64,000 nt of DNA from an uncultured candidatus Porisulfidus sp. (GTDB lineage Bacteria > Pseudomonadota > Gammaproteobacteria > Poriferisulfidales > Poriferisulfidaceae). Below are positions 11,380 to 21,834 of the stretch, in pieces. The notes below the pieces were generated by a model. That model did no database searches, was not told where the DNA came from, and was given only the letters and a program-made list of their open reading frames with translations. The stretch covers positions 672,001 through 736,000 of the forward strand of contig OZ241993.1 in NCBI GenBank assembly GCA_965204575.1, read 5' to 3'. The position numbers and the translations under genes are program-made. Every line of letters starts with the position of its first letter. The first letter of the stretch is position 1.

Positions 11380-12258
11380 TCAGCCGAATCGGCCCGTGAT
11401 GTACTCTTCGGTCAGCTGGTGCTTCGGTGTGGTGAAGATGTCCTTGGTGGTTCCCACCTCGACCAGGTAACCCAGATGGAAGTAGGCGGTGCGCTGGGAG
11501 ACGCGCGCGGCCTGCTGCATGGAGTGGGTGACGATGGCGATGGAGAAGTTGTTACGCAACTCGCCGATCAGTTCCTCGATCCTCGCGGTGGCAATCGGGT
11601 CTAGAGCCGAGCAGGGCTCGTCCATCAGGATCACTTCGGGACTGACCGCGATGGCACGCGCGATGCACAGGCGCTGCTGCTGGCCGCCGGACAATCCGGT
11701 GCCGGGCTGATCCAAGCGGTCCTTGACCTCGTCGAGCAAGCCTGCCCGCTCCAACGAAGTATGGACGACTTCCTCCAGGTCGGTGCGGTCGTGCACCAGC
11801 CCATGGATGCGGGGGCCGTAGGCGACATTGTCGAAGATTGATTTCGGAAACGGGTTGGGCTTCTGGAATACCATGCCGACCCGGGCGCGCAGCAGGACGG
11901 GATCCACTTTGCGGTCGTAGATGTTGTGGCCGTCCATATGGATCTGGCCCTCGACCCGGCAGCCGTCGATCGTATCGTTCATCCGGTTGAGGCAGCGAAG
12001 CAGGGTGGTTTTCCCGCAGCCGGACGGGCCGATCATGGAGACAACGGAATTCGATCCGATGTCGAGGTTGACGTCGAAGACGGCCTGTTTGGCGCCGTAG
12101 AAGACGTTGACGTCACGGACCTTCATTCGAGGGTTTTCCGTGGTGTAGTCGCCGACCGTCGTCAGGTCGATATCTTTCTTTCCGGAAATGGCGGTTTCTT
12201 CTGGCTGATCCGGGATCGGCATGTCCAGGGCTTCGGTGGTGTCCATAGGGTTATCCAT
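11380..12258 (-). CDS. pstB: Phosphate ABC transporter ATP-binding protein
   Basis: [40 protein letters not shown]. Confidence 0.97.
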   Translation of the reverse strand: MDNPMDTTEALDMPIPDQPEETAISGKKDIDLTTVGDYTTENPRMKVRDVNVFYGAKQAVFDVNLDIGSNSVVSMIGPSGCGKTTLLRCLNRMNDTIDGCRVEGQIHMDGHNIYDRKVDPVLLRARVGMVFQKPNPFPKSIFDNVAYGPRIHGLVHDRTDLEEVVHTSLERAGLLDEVKDRLDQPGTGLSGGQQQRLCIARAIAVSPEVILMDEPCSALDPIATARIEELIGELRNNFSIAIVTHSMQQAARVSQRTAYFHLGYLVEVGTTKDIFTTPKHQLTEEYITGRFG

Positions 12259-12283
12259 GAATTATAGGGGACAAAAGGGTTCC

Positions 12284-13558
12284 TCAGAATCGCTTGGCAA
12301 TCTTTTTGCGCAGGTAGACGGCGGTCGCGTTCATCGTGACCAGGAATGCCAGCAGTACCAGGATTGCAGCGGAGGTGCGTTCGGTAAAGCCTCGCTCGGG
12401 GCTGTCCGACCACAGATAGATTTGTACCGGCAAGGCCGTGGCTGGGTCCGTGAACCCGCTGGGGGCCTCGACGATGAAAGCCACCATGCCGATCATCAGC
12501 AGGGGGGCCGATTCGCCCAGCGCCTGCGCCATGCCGATGATGGTGCCGGTCAGCATGCCGGGCATAGCGATAGGCAGTACGTGGTGGAACATCGCCTGCA
12601 TGCGCGAGGCGCCGATGCCAAGCGCTGCCTCCTTGATGGAGGGGGGCACCGACTGGATGGAGGCGCGCGATGCGATGATGATGGTCGGCAGTGTCATCAG
12701 CGTCAGTACCAGCCCGCCCACGACGGGCGTGGACCGGGGCATGCCGAACCAGTTGATGAAGATGGCAAGCCCGAGCAGTCCGAAGATGATCGAGGGCACG
12801 GCGGCGAGGTTGTTGATGTTGATCTCGATCAGGTCGATGAAGCGGTTGCGTGGCGCAAACTCTTCAAGATAGACGGCCGCGGCCACGCCGATCGGGAACG
12901 ACAGCAACAGGGTCACGATCAGGGTCAGGAACGACCCCATCAAGGCACCGAGGATGCCAGCCTGTTCCGGTTCCCGGGAGTCTCCGGCAGTGAAGAATGT
13001 GGTGTTGAACTTCCGTTCGACAACGCCTGCCTCATCCAGGATGTCCACATAACCGATCATCCGGTCGTTCAGGCGCCGTTCGTCCTCCGGCAGATTCCGG
13101 TCGATGTGTCCTTTGATCAGCATGTCAATGTCATCGTCGGCCACCAGCCAGACGCGCTGGGTCGTGCCAATCAGGCCGGGATTCTCGAGAACTCGTTCAC
13201 GCAGATCAAACGCGGCACCCCCGCTCATGATTCGGCTCACCTCGCGGCGTCCCGACCGTCCGCTGACCTGAGGGAACTGCTGGTACATGGCGGTCTTGAC
13301 CAGCTTCCAGTAATCTGCGGAGAACAGGGCCTGGGGGTCGCGGTCGCCGTCTGGGTCGATGACCTCGGGATCGAAGTAGATGGGCAATTCGATGTAGGTC
13401 TGGGTGAACGCCTGATAGCCATTCGCAATGATGCTGGTGAACAGCAGCACCAGGAAGGACATCCCGAGGAGAATGGCGATGATGCCGTAGGCCCGGAACC
13501 GTTTCTCGGCCCGTTGCCGCCGGGCCAGTCCGGAAACAATCTTTTGCGTGTGAATCAT
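12284..13558 (-). CDS. pstA: Phosphate ABC transporter permease PstA
   Basis: NINNLAAVPSIIFGLLG, AQALGESAPLL. Confidence 0.95.
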   Translation of the reverse strand: MIHTQKIVSGLARRQRAEKRFRAYGIIAILLGMSFLVLLFTSIIANGYQAFTQTYIELPIYFDPEVIDPDGDRDPQALFSADYWKLVKTAMYQQFPQVSGRSGRREVSRIMSGGAAFDLRERVLENPGLIGTTQRVWLVADDDIDMLIKGHIDRNLPEDERRLNDRMIGYVDILDEAGVVERKFNTTFFTAGDSREPEQAGILGALMGSFLTLIVTLLLSFPIGVAAAVYLEEFAPRNRFIDLIEININNLAAVPSIIFGLLGLAIFINWFGMPRSTPVVGGLVLTLMTLPTIIIASRASIQSVPPSIKEAALGIGASRMQAMFHHVLPIAMPGMLTGTIIGMAQALGESAPLLMIGMVAFIVEAPSGFTDPATALPVQIYLWSDSPERGFTERTSAAILVLLAFLVTMNATAVYLRKKIAKRF

Positions 13559-14934
13559 TCGTACTGCTCCCGGTATTTGCGCACGACGTAAAGGGCGATG
13601 AAGTTAAGCACCAGGGTGACGAAGAACAGGGTCAGGCCGAGGGCGAACGCGGCCAGTGTCTTGGGGCTGTCGAATTCCTGGTCGCCGACCAGCAGAGTGA
13701 CGATCTGCACGGTAACCGTGGTCACGGCCTCCAGCGGGTTGGCTGTCAGGTTGGAGGACAGGCCGGCCGCCATCACGACGATCATGGTTTCGCCGATGGC
13801 GCGCGAGATGGCCAGCAGCAAGCCCCCGATAATCCCGGGGAGGGCGGCGGGCAGAATGACCCGGCGCATGGTCTCGGAGTGGGTGGCCCCCATTCCCAGC
13901 GAACCGTCACGCATCGCCTGCGGTACTGCGGCAATCACGTCATCGGACAGGGAGGACACGAAGGGAATGATCATGATGCCCATCACGAGGCCGGCCGCCA
14001 GGGCACTTTCGGCCGCGACGTCAAGACCGATGGAAGCCCCGAACCCGCGCAGAGCGGGGCTCACTACGATGGCGGCGAAGAAGCCGTATACCACGGTCGG
14101 CACCCCGGCCAGAATTTCCAGCAGTGGCTTGACCGCGGTGCGGACCTTGTGCGGGGCGTATTCCGACAGGTAGATTGCCGACATCAGGCCGATGGGCGCG
14201 GCGATCATCATCGCAATGAACGAGATGAGCAAGGTGCCGGCAAACAGCGGCACGGCGCCGAAGGCTCCGCTGGAGCCGACCTGGTCCTCGCGGATCGCCA
14301 TCTGCGGGCTCCACTCTAGGCCAAACAGGAACTCGGTCACTGGAACGGTCTGGAAGAACCGGCTGGCCTCGAACAGGACCGAAAGCACGATGCCGATGGT
14401 GGTGAAGATGGCCAGTGTCGAGCACAGCAGCAGGAATCCGCGGACGAATTTCTCAATCTGGATCCGGGCGCGGACGCGGGGGGTCAGGAATTTCAGAACC
14501 AGCGCGGAGCAGATGGCGAAGACCGACAGGCAGGTGGCAGCCAGCGCAATCGCGGCGGTTTGCGACAGTTCACGGTAGCGGTCCGCCGCCATGCGGACCT
14601 CCTCGCTGGCCATCTGATAGCTCATGGGATTGTTGATGGCGTTGCGGATGTCGCCGATCAACAACTCCGGCGTCGCCGCCATGGACTCGGCATCCGGCAG
14701 TATCGCCAGCACTTGGGCCATGAGGATGTCGCCCTCGAAAATCAGCCACAGGAAGTACACCAGCAGGGCAGGCGCACCGGCCCAGATGGCGCCCAGCATC
14801 CCAAAGTGTTCGGGGAGGGAGTTGAGACGCGTGACGTTCGCTTCCCGGGCCTGCCGCAGCATGCGGCGCTGGCTAAAGAAATAAGCTGCCGACGACAATG
14901 CCAGCAGTACAAAAATCAGAAAAAGTGGGGACAC
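13555..14934 (-). CDS. pstC: Phosphate ABC transporter permease PstC
   Basis: KPLLEILAGVPTVVYGFFA, SRAIGETMIV. Confidence 0.95.
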   Translation of the reverse strand: MSPLFLIFVLLALSSAAYFFSQRRMLRQAREANVTRLNSLPEHFGMLGAIWAGAPALLVYFLWLIFEGDILMAQVLAILPDAESMAATPELLIGDIRNAINNPMSYQMASEEVRMAADRYRELSQTAAIALAATCLSVFAICSALVLKFLTPRVRARIQIEKFVRGFLLLCSTLAIFTTIGIVLSVLFEASRFFQTVPVTEFLFGLEWSPQMAIREDQVGSSGAFGAVPLFAGTLLISFIAMMIAAPIGLMSAIYLSEYAPHKVRTAVKPLLEILAGVPTVVYGFFAAIVVSPALRGFGASIGLDVAAESALAAGLVMGIMIIPFVSSLSDDVIAAVPQAMRDGSLGMGATHSETMRRVILPAALPGIIGGLLLAISRAIGETMIVVMAAGLSSNLTANPLEAVTTVTVQIVTLLVGDQEFDSPKTLAAFALGLTLFFVTLVLNFIALYVVRKYREQYE

Positions 14935-14977
14935 CTGGGAATGATCTCTTAAGAGAGAAACATTATCCCGGCAGAAT

Positions 14978-14995
14978 ATGTCAGTTTGGTTACAG
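14978..14995 (-). promoter_or_regulatory. Putative Pho box upstream of pstC
   Basis: Minus strand reads CTGTAACCAAACTGACAT, close to consensus, about 45 bp upstream of pstC. Confidence 0.7.
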
Positions 14996-15028
14996 CGGCA
15001 TGGACGCGCTGTGACCAGATCGCCGCGG

Positions 15029-15301
15029 TCAACTCTCCGGTTCGACGAATTCCTTTGGCTTTTCGGAACCTTCTCCGAAGAAATATTTTTCCATCTCGTC
15101 TTCGAGGAATTTCCGCGCCTTGGGATCGACCGGGGTCAGCCGGTATTCGTTGATCAGCATGGTCTGGTGGCGCAGCCAGCCGCCCCAGGCCTCGGCCGAG
15201 ACCCCGTCGAAGATACGCTGCCCGAGCGGTCCCGGATAGGGCATCCGCTCCAGACCCTCGGCTTCGCGGCCGAGTTTTACGCATTGGACCATTCGGGGCA
15301 T
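15029..15301 (-). CDS. yggX: Fe(II)-trafficking / oxidative damage protection protein
   Basis: [27 protein letters not shown]...[12 protein letters not shown]. Confidence 0.95.
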   Translation of the reverse strand: MPRMVQCVKLGREAEGLERMPYPGPLGQRIFDGVSAEAWGGWLRHQTMLINEYRLTPVDPKARKFLEDEMEKYFFGEGSEKPKEFVEPES

Positions 15302-15365
15302 TGCTGAATAGGTTCGAGGACGGGTTGATGGGGGAAAGGATTATAGATTAACTTGACCAAGCCCG

Positions 15366-16136
15366 TCACTCACAGACTACGCCGTCACCGTCGCCATCGT
15401 GCATGAGCGGATAGGCGGGATGTCCGCGCGGTACGGGCGCGATGCCATGGCGGCGCGCTTCGCGGCAGGTGATTCTTCCATTCCGATTGTCATCCCAAAG
15501 GCGCAGGGCTTCCGCTCCTTCCGGGGATGATGCGGGACGGGAGTCCGGCAGGTCGGATGCAGCAATGCAGTCCGATTTCTCGATTTCGGTCGTCGTGCAG
15601 GTGGACAGGACCCGCTCCAGGGCTTCGGCCTCGCGCCGATCGATGCTCAGCCCGTACTTGAGGCGTACCTGAATCACGCGATTGGCGAACCAGCATCGAT
15701 TGATCGCGGGCATCCATTCAGCCGCATCGTAGGCGCGTTTCTGGTGTCGATTGAGTTTGGGGTCAGCCAGTGTCAGGTTGAGAAGGTCGGAGCTGAATCT
15801 TTTTCGGGTGGCGATATCTGCGCGGCACAGCCCGCTGTCGTGCGCCTCGGAGCGGGCCACGACATGTTCAATGTCGGTTTGCCGAATGCTGCCGAAACAC
15901 TGCCCGGTGTAGGGACTGTAGATTTTTCCGAGTTCGGTGACGATTCTAGGCTCGACCGACTGCGGGTAGGAATAATCACGGCTCCGGTAGGGTGAGCAAC
16001 GATCTTCCGGCTCGACGACCAGGCCGCGCCAGGTTTCGGCCGGGACGGGCGGGACGTGGAAAACAGTAGAAAGGACGATGCAGATAGATGCCTTGCACAG
16101 CCTCCGGTGAGAGGTTCGGGGGATCCGGGGGGACAT
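15366..16136 (-). CDS. Probably secreted DUF1524-like HNH nuclease with C-terminal Excalibur/EF-hand-like Ca-binding motif
   Basis: DIEHVVARSEAHDSG...NLTLADPKLNRHQK HNH-type core; DDNRNGRITC...DGDGDGVVCE tail; start uncertain (hydrophobic leader after ATG 16136). Confidence 0.7.
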   Translation of the reverse strand: MSPRIPRTSHRRLCKASICIVLSTVFHVPPVPAETWRGLVVEPEDRCSPYRSRDYSYPQSVEPRIVTELGKIYSPYTGQCFGSIRQTDIEHVVARSEAHDSGLCRADIATRKRFSSDLLNLTLADPKLNRHQKRAYDAAEWMPAINRCWFANRVIQVRLKYGLSIDRREAEALERVLSTCTTTEIEKSDCIAASDLPDSRPASSPEGAEALRLWDDNRNGRITCREARRHGIAPVPRGHPAYPLMHDGDGDGVVCE

Positions 16137-16322
16137 GGACTGTGGAGCGATCTTGCGTCGTTTGGCAATGCCGGAGCGGACGAAGCCGCAAACCGGCTTC
16201 TTCGGCATCCGGCGCATGGAGATGATCGTGTGATGCGGGCGCAATGTCGTGACGGCACTCCTCGCGGCAGATAATCTTCCATTCTGATTGCCAGCGCGTT
16301 TCGAAAAATTCATTCGCGCAGT

Positions 16323-16595
16323 TCAAGGGTTCCTGTAGATTTTGCTGCGGCGGCCGACCCGCAAGATCAGGACGGTCAGCCGTTCATTCTCTATTCTGCA
16401 GATTATGCGGCAGTCACCAACCCGATAACGCCACAGGCCGGCAAAACCCGCCGCCAGCGGCTTTCCGAGCTGCCTGGGGTTTTCAGCAACCGCCACGCGG
16501 TCATCGAAATAATCGAGAATGGCTCGTCGTGTCTGCGCATCCAGCTTCCTGAGTTCCCTGACCGCGCGCTTGTCGTATTCAATTGTCCAGGGCAA
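16323..16595 (-). CDS. Type II toxin, RelE/StbE family
   Basis: WTIEYDKRAVRELRKLD...NPRQLGKPL....LWRYRVGDCRIIC....ILRVGRR. Confidence 0.92.
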   Translation of the reverse strand: MPWTIEYDKRAVRELRKLDAQTRRAILDYFDDRVAVAENPRQLGKPLAAGFAGLWRYRVGDCRIICRIENERLTVLILRVGRRSKIYRNP

Positions 16596-16791
16596 GCGTT
16601 CGCCTCACTGTCTGGCTGGTCATGGTGTCGGCAGGATGTTCCAGCCGATGGACGGCAAGAAACAGGTCCTCCAGGTCATCGAGGTTGTCTTCGATGAGTT
16701 TTTTGATGTAGAAGGTTTTGGTACGGCCTGTCGTCACGGCGAGGGCGTTGAGCCGTGTCTCGACCTCTTCGCTTAAACGCACGCTTGTCAT
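16579..16791 (-). CDS. RelB-like ribbon-helix-helix antitoxin
   Basis: MTSVRLSEEVETRLNALA..TGRTKTFYI....LDDLEDLFLA; overlaps the toxin start. Confidence 0.9.
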   Translation of the reverse strand: MTSVRLSEEVETRLNALAVTTGRTKTFYIKKLIEDNLDDLEDLFLAVHRLEHPADTMTSQTVRRTLALDN

Positions 16792-16811
16792 GATGGTTGC
16801 CCTCCTGATCG

Positions 16812-16834
16812 TAATAGATGTAAGACATGTATTA
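16812..16834. promoter_or_regulatory. Palindromic putative operator of the relBE-like operon
   Basis: TAATAGATGT-AAG-ACATGTATTA (9/10 inverted repeat), 20 bp upstream of the antitoxin start. Confidence 0.55.
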
Positions 16835-17035
16835 TTTCACATTATTGGGAAATTGGCGTCAACTGCAAGGCTGCACGTTTGATGATTACTCGGGACTCGG
16901 CAAAAAGTCGGAAAGGGAAAATTTTTGCGCCGGTACCGGAAGCATCGAATACCCTGCCGACGACCGCCCAGCCCAGCCATGCAGGGCAAGGCTGCAAAAA
17001 ACCCCCGAACACTCGCATCCCTTCATGCGGCTGGA

Positions 17036-17923
17036 CTAGAAGTACCGCAGCAGCCTCATTCTCAGGCCGATTTCATCGGCATCCAGCTCGTGCATGGCCC
17101 GAACCCGCAAGTCCCCCGTCCCGTCCAACTGCACCAGGGATTCCGAATCGTAATCCATGTAGTAGGTTTCGACTTGCAGGCCGATCTGTTCCGCAAGCGA
17201 AGCATGTACCCCCATTCCCAGGGCCCAGGCGGTGTAGTCCCGGTCGGTACGGACGGTACTCGCCCCGAAATCCTCTTCGCTTGTGCAGCGTGCCGGGGGA
17301 ACTTCAAAACAGCCGGTTGCGCTGTTGACGTATTCGGTCTCGATCCGGTGCACGCCGGCCAAGACGTAGAGCCCGGCATCCGGGCCGAGCGCGGAGGTCA
17401 GGAACTCCGGTCGCCCGCCCAGCCTGAGCGTCACGCCGTAGCTGTAGTCTTTTTCGAAGGTCCAGCGCTCCGGCCAGTTCTCGCCGACCTGCGGGCCGAC
17501 CGAAAAGGCCGGCAGGTCCGGATCATTGGCATCGTTGTAGGTTTTCCGTGCCGCGGCATCCTCGGTGCCTTCCAGCCCTCCGCGCGCTTTCCCGCCGTGG
17601 TAGGCCAGATTGATCTCGCCGCTCCAGTACAGGCTTCCGTAGCGGAGAGGGCGCTGGTATCCAAGCACGAACCCGAACCCGCTTGCCGTCTTGGTGTCGG
17701 AATCCCGTTCCGTGAAGATTTTGCCCTGGGACAGGGTCATGTTTCCGTCCGGCGTGTTGTCGAGGGTCTTGAAGACCGAAACGTCCAGGTCTTCCGCGGC
17801 GGCGGAAATCCCGATATAAACGCCTTCCTGCAAAGCGGCAGCCGGAGCCGGGGCGCCTGCCAGAAATACCGTGCAGACCAGGATTCCAGAGATCGGGACG
17901 ACGGATCGATTTATCCTCTTCAT
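17036..17923 (-). CDS. Outer-membrane beta-barrel protein, function unknown
   Basis: Signal peptide, GVYIGIS first strand, amphipathic strands, C-terminal ...RYF. Confidence 0.7.
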   Translation of the reverse strand: MKRINRSVVPISGILVCTVFLAGAPAPAAALQEGVYIGISAAAEDLDVSVFKTLDNTPDGNMTLSQGKIFTERDSDTKTASGFGFVLGYQRPLRYGSLYWSGEINLAYHGGKARGGLEGTEDAAARKTYNDANDPDLPAFSVGPQVGENWPERWTFEKDYSYGVTLRLGGRPEFLTSALGPDAGLYVLAGVHRIETEYVNSATGCFEVPPARCTSEEDFGASTVRTDRDYTAWALGMGVHASLAEQIGLQVETYYMDYDSESLVQLDGTGDLRVRAMHELDADEIGLRMRLLRYF

Positions 17924-18173
17924 CTTTGTCCTCAGCCAAAGTCGGTCTCGGATTCAAGAAATTATAGTCGGCATGTCAGGCCGCATCCTGCTGCCGTGAT
18001 TGTTCTCGCACGGCATCTGCCACGGCCTGGCCGATCAGTTCAATTTTTGCGAGTTTTTTATCTTGGGTCGGAGTTCATCCAGGATGGCCCGGTCCAGCAG
18101 CCCTCCCCACAAGGCGCAGGCCTCGATCAGACTGGATGACTGTACCACGCGGCATCTTATTTTTGGAATGCGG

Positions 18174-19190
18174 TTATACGCTGGAGGGCGGCTCGCGCTG
18201 GATCAGTCTCAGGATCGGAGTGGCCACGCCGACGGTCAACCGCTTCGGGTCGAACCAGCGCCCGCCTTCCCGGAACCCCGCGCGGTCCGAATTCCGGATC
18301 CGGATTCGCAGGGGATGAAGGCAAAGTTCCAGATGGCTCAGGCGATGGGTCAGGGGAGGGTCCTCCCGCCACCCCAGTTCTTTCCCGCAGTCCCGGGCCC
18401 AGCGCCGCGCCGCACTCCGGTTCGGGTATTCCGGCAGGCTCCAGAGCCCGCCCCAGATGCTGTCCGTCGGCCTTTGCAGCAGCAGAACCTGCCCGTCTTC
18501 GGACTGCACGATGGCCACCCAGAAATCACGGCGCGGCAGTGGGGATCGCTTTCGGTCAGGTCGCTCATCCGGTTCGTGGCTGGCGTAGTGACAGTCCTGG
18601 CTCAACGGGCAGCGCGTGCAGTCGGGTGCGCGCGGCGTACAGCATTGCGACCCAAGATCCATCAAGCCCTGCGTGTAGGCGGCGGCATCCCGGTCCGGCA
18701 GCAATTGCTCGGCAGCGTGCCACAAGGCTGAACGGGAAGTCGTGGGTAGGCCCTGATGCCGCGCAATAACGCGCCGCGCATTGCCGTCGAGCATGGGGGC
18801 CGGCTGGTTCAAGGCAAGCGAGGCGATGGCGCCGGCCGTGCTGCGGCCGATGCCTGGCAGATGCATCCAGCCTTCGACGGTGCGCGGCAGACGGCCCCCC
18901 GAGTCGCGGATGGCTCGTGCAGCCTGATGCAGGTGGCGTGCCCGGGCGTAGTAGCCCAGTCCGGACCAGCACGCCAGCACGGAGTCCAAGGGGGCCTCGG
19001 CCAGTTGTTTGACGTTCGGGAACTGCCGTATGAACCGACGGAAATAAGGAATGACGGTCGCCACCTGGGTCTGCTGCAGCATGATTTCGGAGACCCACAC
19101 GCGGTACAGCGTGCGCCGGCGCTGCCACGGCAGGTCGTGCCGGCCGTGTTCGCGCTGGTAGCGGATGATCCGGCTGGCGAACGACGACAC
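18174..19190 (-). CDS. mutY: A/G-specific adenine glycosylase
   Basis: GRHDLPWQ, VWVSEIMLQQTQV, WSGLGYYARAR, LPGIGRSTAGAI, CTPRAPDCTRCPL; start placed at GTG 19190. Confidence 0.95.
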   Translation of the reverse strand: MSSFASRIIRYQREHGRHDLPWQRRRTLYRVWVSEIMLQQTQVATVIPYFRRFIRQFPNVKQLAEAPLDSVLACWSGLGYYARARHLHQAARAIRDSGGRLPRTVEGWMHLPGIGRSTAGAIASLALNQPAPMLDGNARRVIARHQGLPTTSRSALWHAAEQLLPDRDAAAYTQGLMDLGSQCCTPRAPDCTRCPLSQDCHYASHEPDERPDRKRSPLPRRDFWVAIVQSEDGQVLLLQRPTDSIWGGLWSLPEYPNRSAARRWARDCGKELGWREDPPLTHRLSHLELCLHPLRIRIRNSDRAGFREGGRWFDPKRLTVGVATPILRLIQREPPSSV

Positions 19191-19194
19191 AGAT

Positions 19195-21297
19195 TCAGAA
19201 CAGGTCTTTGAGCAGTTTCCGCAGAACTTTTCCGGCGGGCTTGCCAGCTTTTTCTTCGACTTTTTCCTCGACCTTGTCGACGATGGACTCCAATCCCTTA
19301 TCAAGCCCTTTGTCCAGTTGTTCCTCGACCAGTGACGACATGTCCAGGGAGTGTGACAGGTTGTCGAACGGTCCTCGGATCCGAACCGGAATCCGCAGGC
19401 TGTCGCCGGACCAGACGTTCAACTGGTAGTCGATCGACGAATGCGGCAGGTCGATGTAACCCAGCCCGTCCAGGGAAATCGCGCCGGCATTCAACTTCAA
19501 TTCGCGACTGGTTAATCGCCCGTCGTTGGCGTCCCAGCTCGCAAGCAGCAGGTCGAACGGCAACTTGCCCTGGGAGGTCGTTTCGCTGGGGCGTCCCTGC
19601 AGTGCTGCAACGGCAGCCTCTACGGCTTGGGCGACCCCTCCGACCTGCAGCACGCCGTTACGCACGGTCAAACTGGCGAAACCGGTCAGCGAAGGCCAAA
19701 GCGTGGCCATGCGGTGTCCGCGCGCGTTGAAGGCCAGGTTCAGGTCGGTCGTGCCCTCGATGGGGGTGTGCCCATGTTCGTCGAACAGGGCGAGCACGCG
19801 GCCGAGTTCCATCTGTTCCAGTTTCAGATCCAGCCGATACAGCGGAATGCCGCCGGAGACGTCCAATTCCGCGCTGGCCTCGACCGTGCTGTCGTTGATT
19901 CTCCCGTCCAGCGATTCGACTTCCCAGAGCCCCTGATTGGCTGTCAGCTGAGTGCGTGTTTCTGCGAATTGAAGCCCTTGCCAATGCAGGCGTTCCAGCG
20001 CTACTTTTGCCACGAGCCTTTGCTGGCGGAGCCAATCGATCGGCAAGCTGCTTGGTTTCGGTGATGCCGCACCTTCGGGATCGGGTTTTTCCTCGGCTTC
20101 GGCTGCCTGATCCTGAGGGAGGTAACGGTCCAAGTCGATCTCGCCCACCTGCAGGTCCAGGGCGAGCCGCGGCCGGTCGAAGTCCAACAGAGAGAGTTCT
20201 CCTCGAATCGGGGTGGAATCCAGCACGGCATCCAGCCCCGACAGCTGGACTCCCTGCGGATGGATCCTGAGATCGCCTTGCCATTTCAGGAACCGCAAAG
20301 CGGTCGGATCCTCCAGGGTTGGCACTTCTTCGTTCCACAGGGCCAGCCAGTGCAGGACGTCGACGCCGGTTCCCTCGACATGTCCCGTCAATTCCGGCTT
20401 TTTGGACAAGGACTTCACCTCCAGAGGGGCGAGCCGCAACTGCGCGCCTTCGACCGTCGCCTCGGTTCCATCGAGGCGAAGAGTGTCGCTTGCCTGGTCC
20501 CAGTGGAAGGATTCGGCCTCAATGGTGGGATTGATGCGCATGAAAGCGAATGCCGGCCCAGTCAGCTCCAGCGTCATGTCCAGGTCTTCCCCGGCGATTT
20601 TCTCTCCGCCGTCTTTCAGGGCGAGATCGGTGGTCATCTGCACTTGGGCATTGATTCGGCTTTCGGCACGGGTGTCGAGCCAGGCCATCAACTCGCCGTT
20701 CAATGCGACCTGCATGTTGCCGCCGGAAGTCAGGTTCTTCAAGTTCAGGTCGAGATCAGAGCCTCGCAGGCGGCGATTGCGCAACTCGTCCCAGATCGCG
20801 ATGGTCCCGTCGGTCAGGTGGATCTCGGCCAGGTCAATGCCGGTCGCTTTGCCCGGGTCGCCTGGGCCGGGGCTGGCGGCACCCTGGGCGGCGAGCAGGT
20901 CGGACCAATTGGTGTGCCCGTTCGACTTCCGCCGCAGCCGCAACTGCAGTCCGTCCAGAAGTACGGAGCGAATGCGCAGTTCGCCGAGCAGCAACGGGAT
21001 GACTTGCAAATACGCTTCGACGCGTTTCGCGGTCAGCATCGGCTCCTGCCCGAACCCCGGAGGGTTGTCGAACGAGATGTCGTGGACCTCGAAGCCGACC
21101 AGCGGCGGGTTCAGGTGCAGGTCCAGGCTGCCGTCGATGGTGAATGCCCGCCCGGTCTGTTCCTCCACTAGATTGATGAGGTCGTCCCGGTAATCGTCGG
21201 GTTCGAACGTCAGCACCAGGTAGCTGAGCGCCAACAGGCCCGCAAGCACCAGCGTCAGGATGCCGAAGGCGGTGTAACGCAGGAGCCTGAACAGCAT
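19195..21297 (-). CDS. asmA: AsmA family protein
   Basis: N-terminal TM anchor, FEPDDYRDDL..LVEEQTGR..IDG, IDLDRYLP, IPVRIRGPF; asmA-mutY synteny. Confidence 0.85.
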   Translation of the reverse strand: MLFRLLRYTAFGILTLVLAGLLALSYLVLTFEPDDYRDDLINLVEEQTGRAFTIDGSLDLHLNPPLVGFEVHDISFDNPPGFGQEPMLTAKRVEAYLQVIPLLLGELRIRSVLLDGLQLRLRRKSNGHTNWSDLLAAQGAASPGPGDPGKATGIDLAEIHLTDGTIAIWDELRNRRLRGSDLDLNLKNLTSGGNMQVALNGELMAWLDTRAESRINAQVQMTTDLALKDGGEKIAGEDLDMTLELTGPAFAFMRINPTIEAESFHWDQASDTLRLDGTEATVEGAQLRLAPLEVKSLSKKPELTGHVEGTGVDVLHWLALWNEEVPTLEDPTALRFLKWQGDLRIHPQGVQLSGLDAVLDSTPIRGELSLLDFDRPRLALDLQVGEIDLDRYLPQDQAAEAEEKPDPEGAASPKPSSLPIDWLRQQRLVAKVALERLHWQGLQFAETRTQLTANQGLWEVESLDGRINDSTVEASAELDVSGGIPLYRLDLKLEQMELGRVLALFDEHGHTPIEGTTDLNLAFNARGHRMATLWPSLTGFASLTVRNGVLQVGGVAQAVEAAVAALQGRPSETTSQGKLPFDLLLASWDANDGRLTSRELKLNAGAISLDGLGYIDLPHSSIDYQLNVWSGDSLRIPVRIRGPFDNLSHSLDMSSLVEEQLDKGLDKGLESIVDKVEEKVEEKAGKPAGKVLRKLLKDLF

Positions 21298-21301
21298 TAG
21301 C

Positions 21302-21790
21302 CTAGGACGAGGCGGTTTCGCGTGCCCAGTCTCCCGAGCGGCCCCCGGACTTGCGCAGCAGCCCGATCTCCTGGATGCGCATTCCCCGGTCGACGGCTTT
21401 GCACATGTCGTAGATTGTCAGCAGGGAGATTTGCACCGCCGTCAGGGCTTCCATCTCGACCCCGGTGGGTCCCTTGGTTTCACAACGCGCGAGGCAGTGC
21501 ACGGCAGGAGGTTGATCCTCCAGTTCGAACTCGACTGATGCATGGGTCAGGGACAATGGATGGCACAGCGGGATCAATTCCGCAGTTCGCTTGGTGGCCA
21601 TGATGCCCGCGGTGCGCGCAATGCCGAGCACGTCGCCCTTGCGGTGGGTTCCTTCTCGAATCTGCTCCAGGGTTTCCGCCTGCATCAGGATGCGCCCTTC
21701 CGCTTCCGCTATGCGGTGTGTGGATTCTTTCTCTGAAATGTCAACCATGTGGGCTTCACCCCGGGCGTTGAAGTGTGTCAGGTCGGCCAT
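21302..21790 (-). CDS. moaC: Cyclic pyranopterin monophosphate synthase
   Basis: [46 protein letters not shown]. Confidence 0.97.
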   Translation of the reverse strand: MADLTHFNARGEAHMVDISEKESTHRIAEAEGRILMQAETLEQIREGTHRKGDVLGIARTAGIMATKRTAELIPLCHPLSLTHASVEFELEDQPPAVHCLARCETKGPTGVEMEALTAVQISLLTIYDMCKAVDRGMRIQEIGLLRKSGGRSGDWARETASS

Positions 21791-21834
21791 GTTCTGGAAA
21801 TCAGCGAATCCGTCTATTGTATGTCCATATCGGC

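Noticed and set aside
12221-13591. 456-aa plus-strand ORF
   Set aside because: Antisense shadow of pstA.
16925-18139. 404-aa plus-strand ORF
   Set aside because: Antisense to the beta-barrel gene, which has a signal peptide and terminal Phe.
19230-19330. Short tandem duplications at the asmA 3' end (LDKGLDKG, VEEKVEEK)
   Set aside because: Low-complexity helical tail typical of AsmA C-termini.
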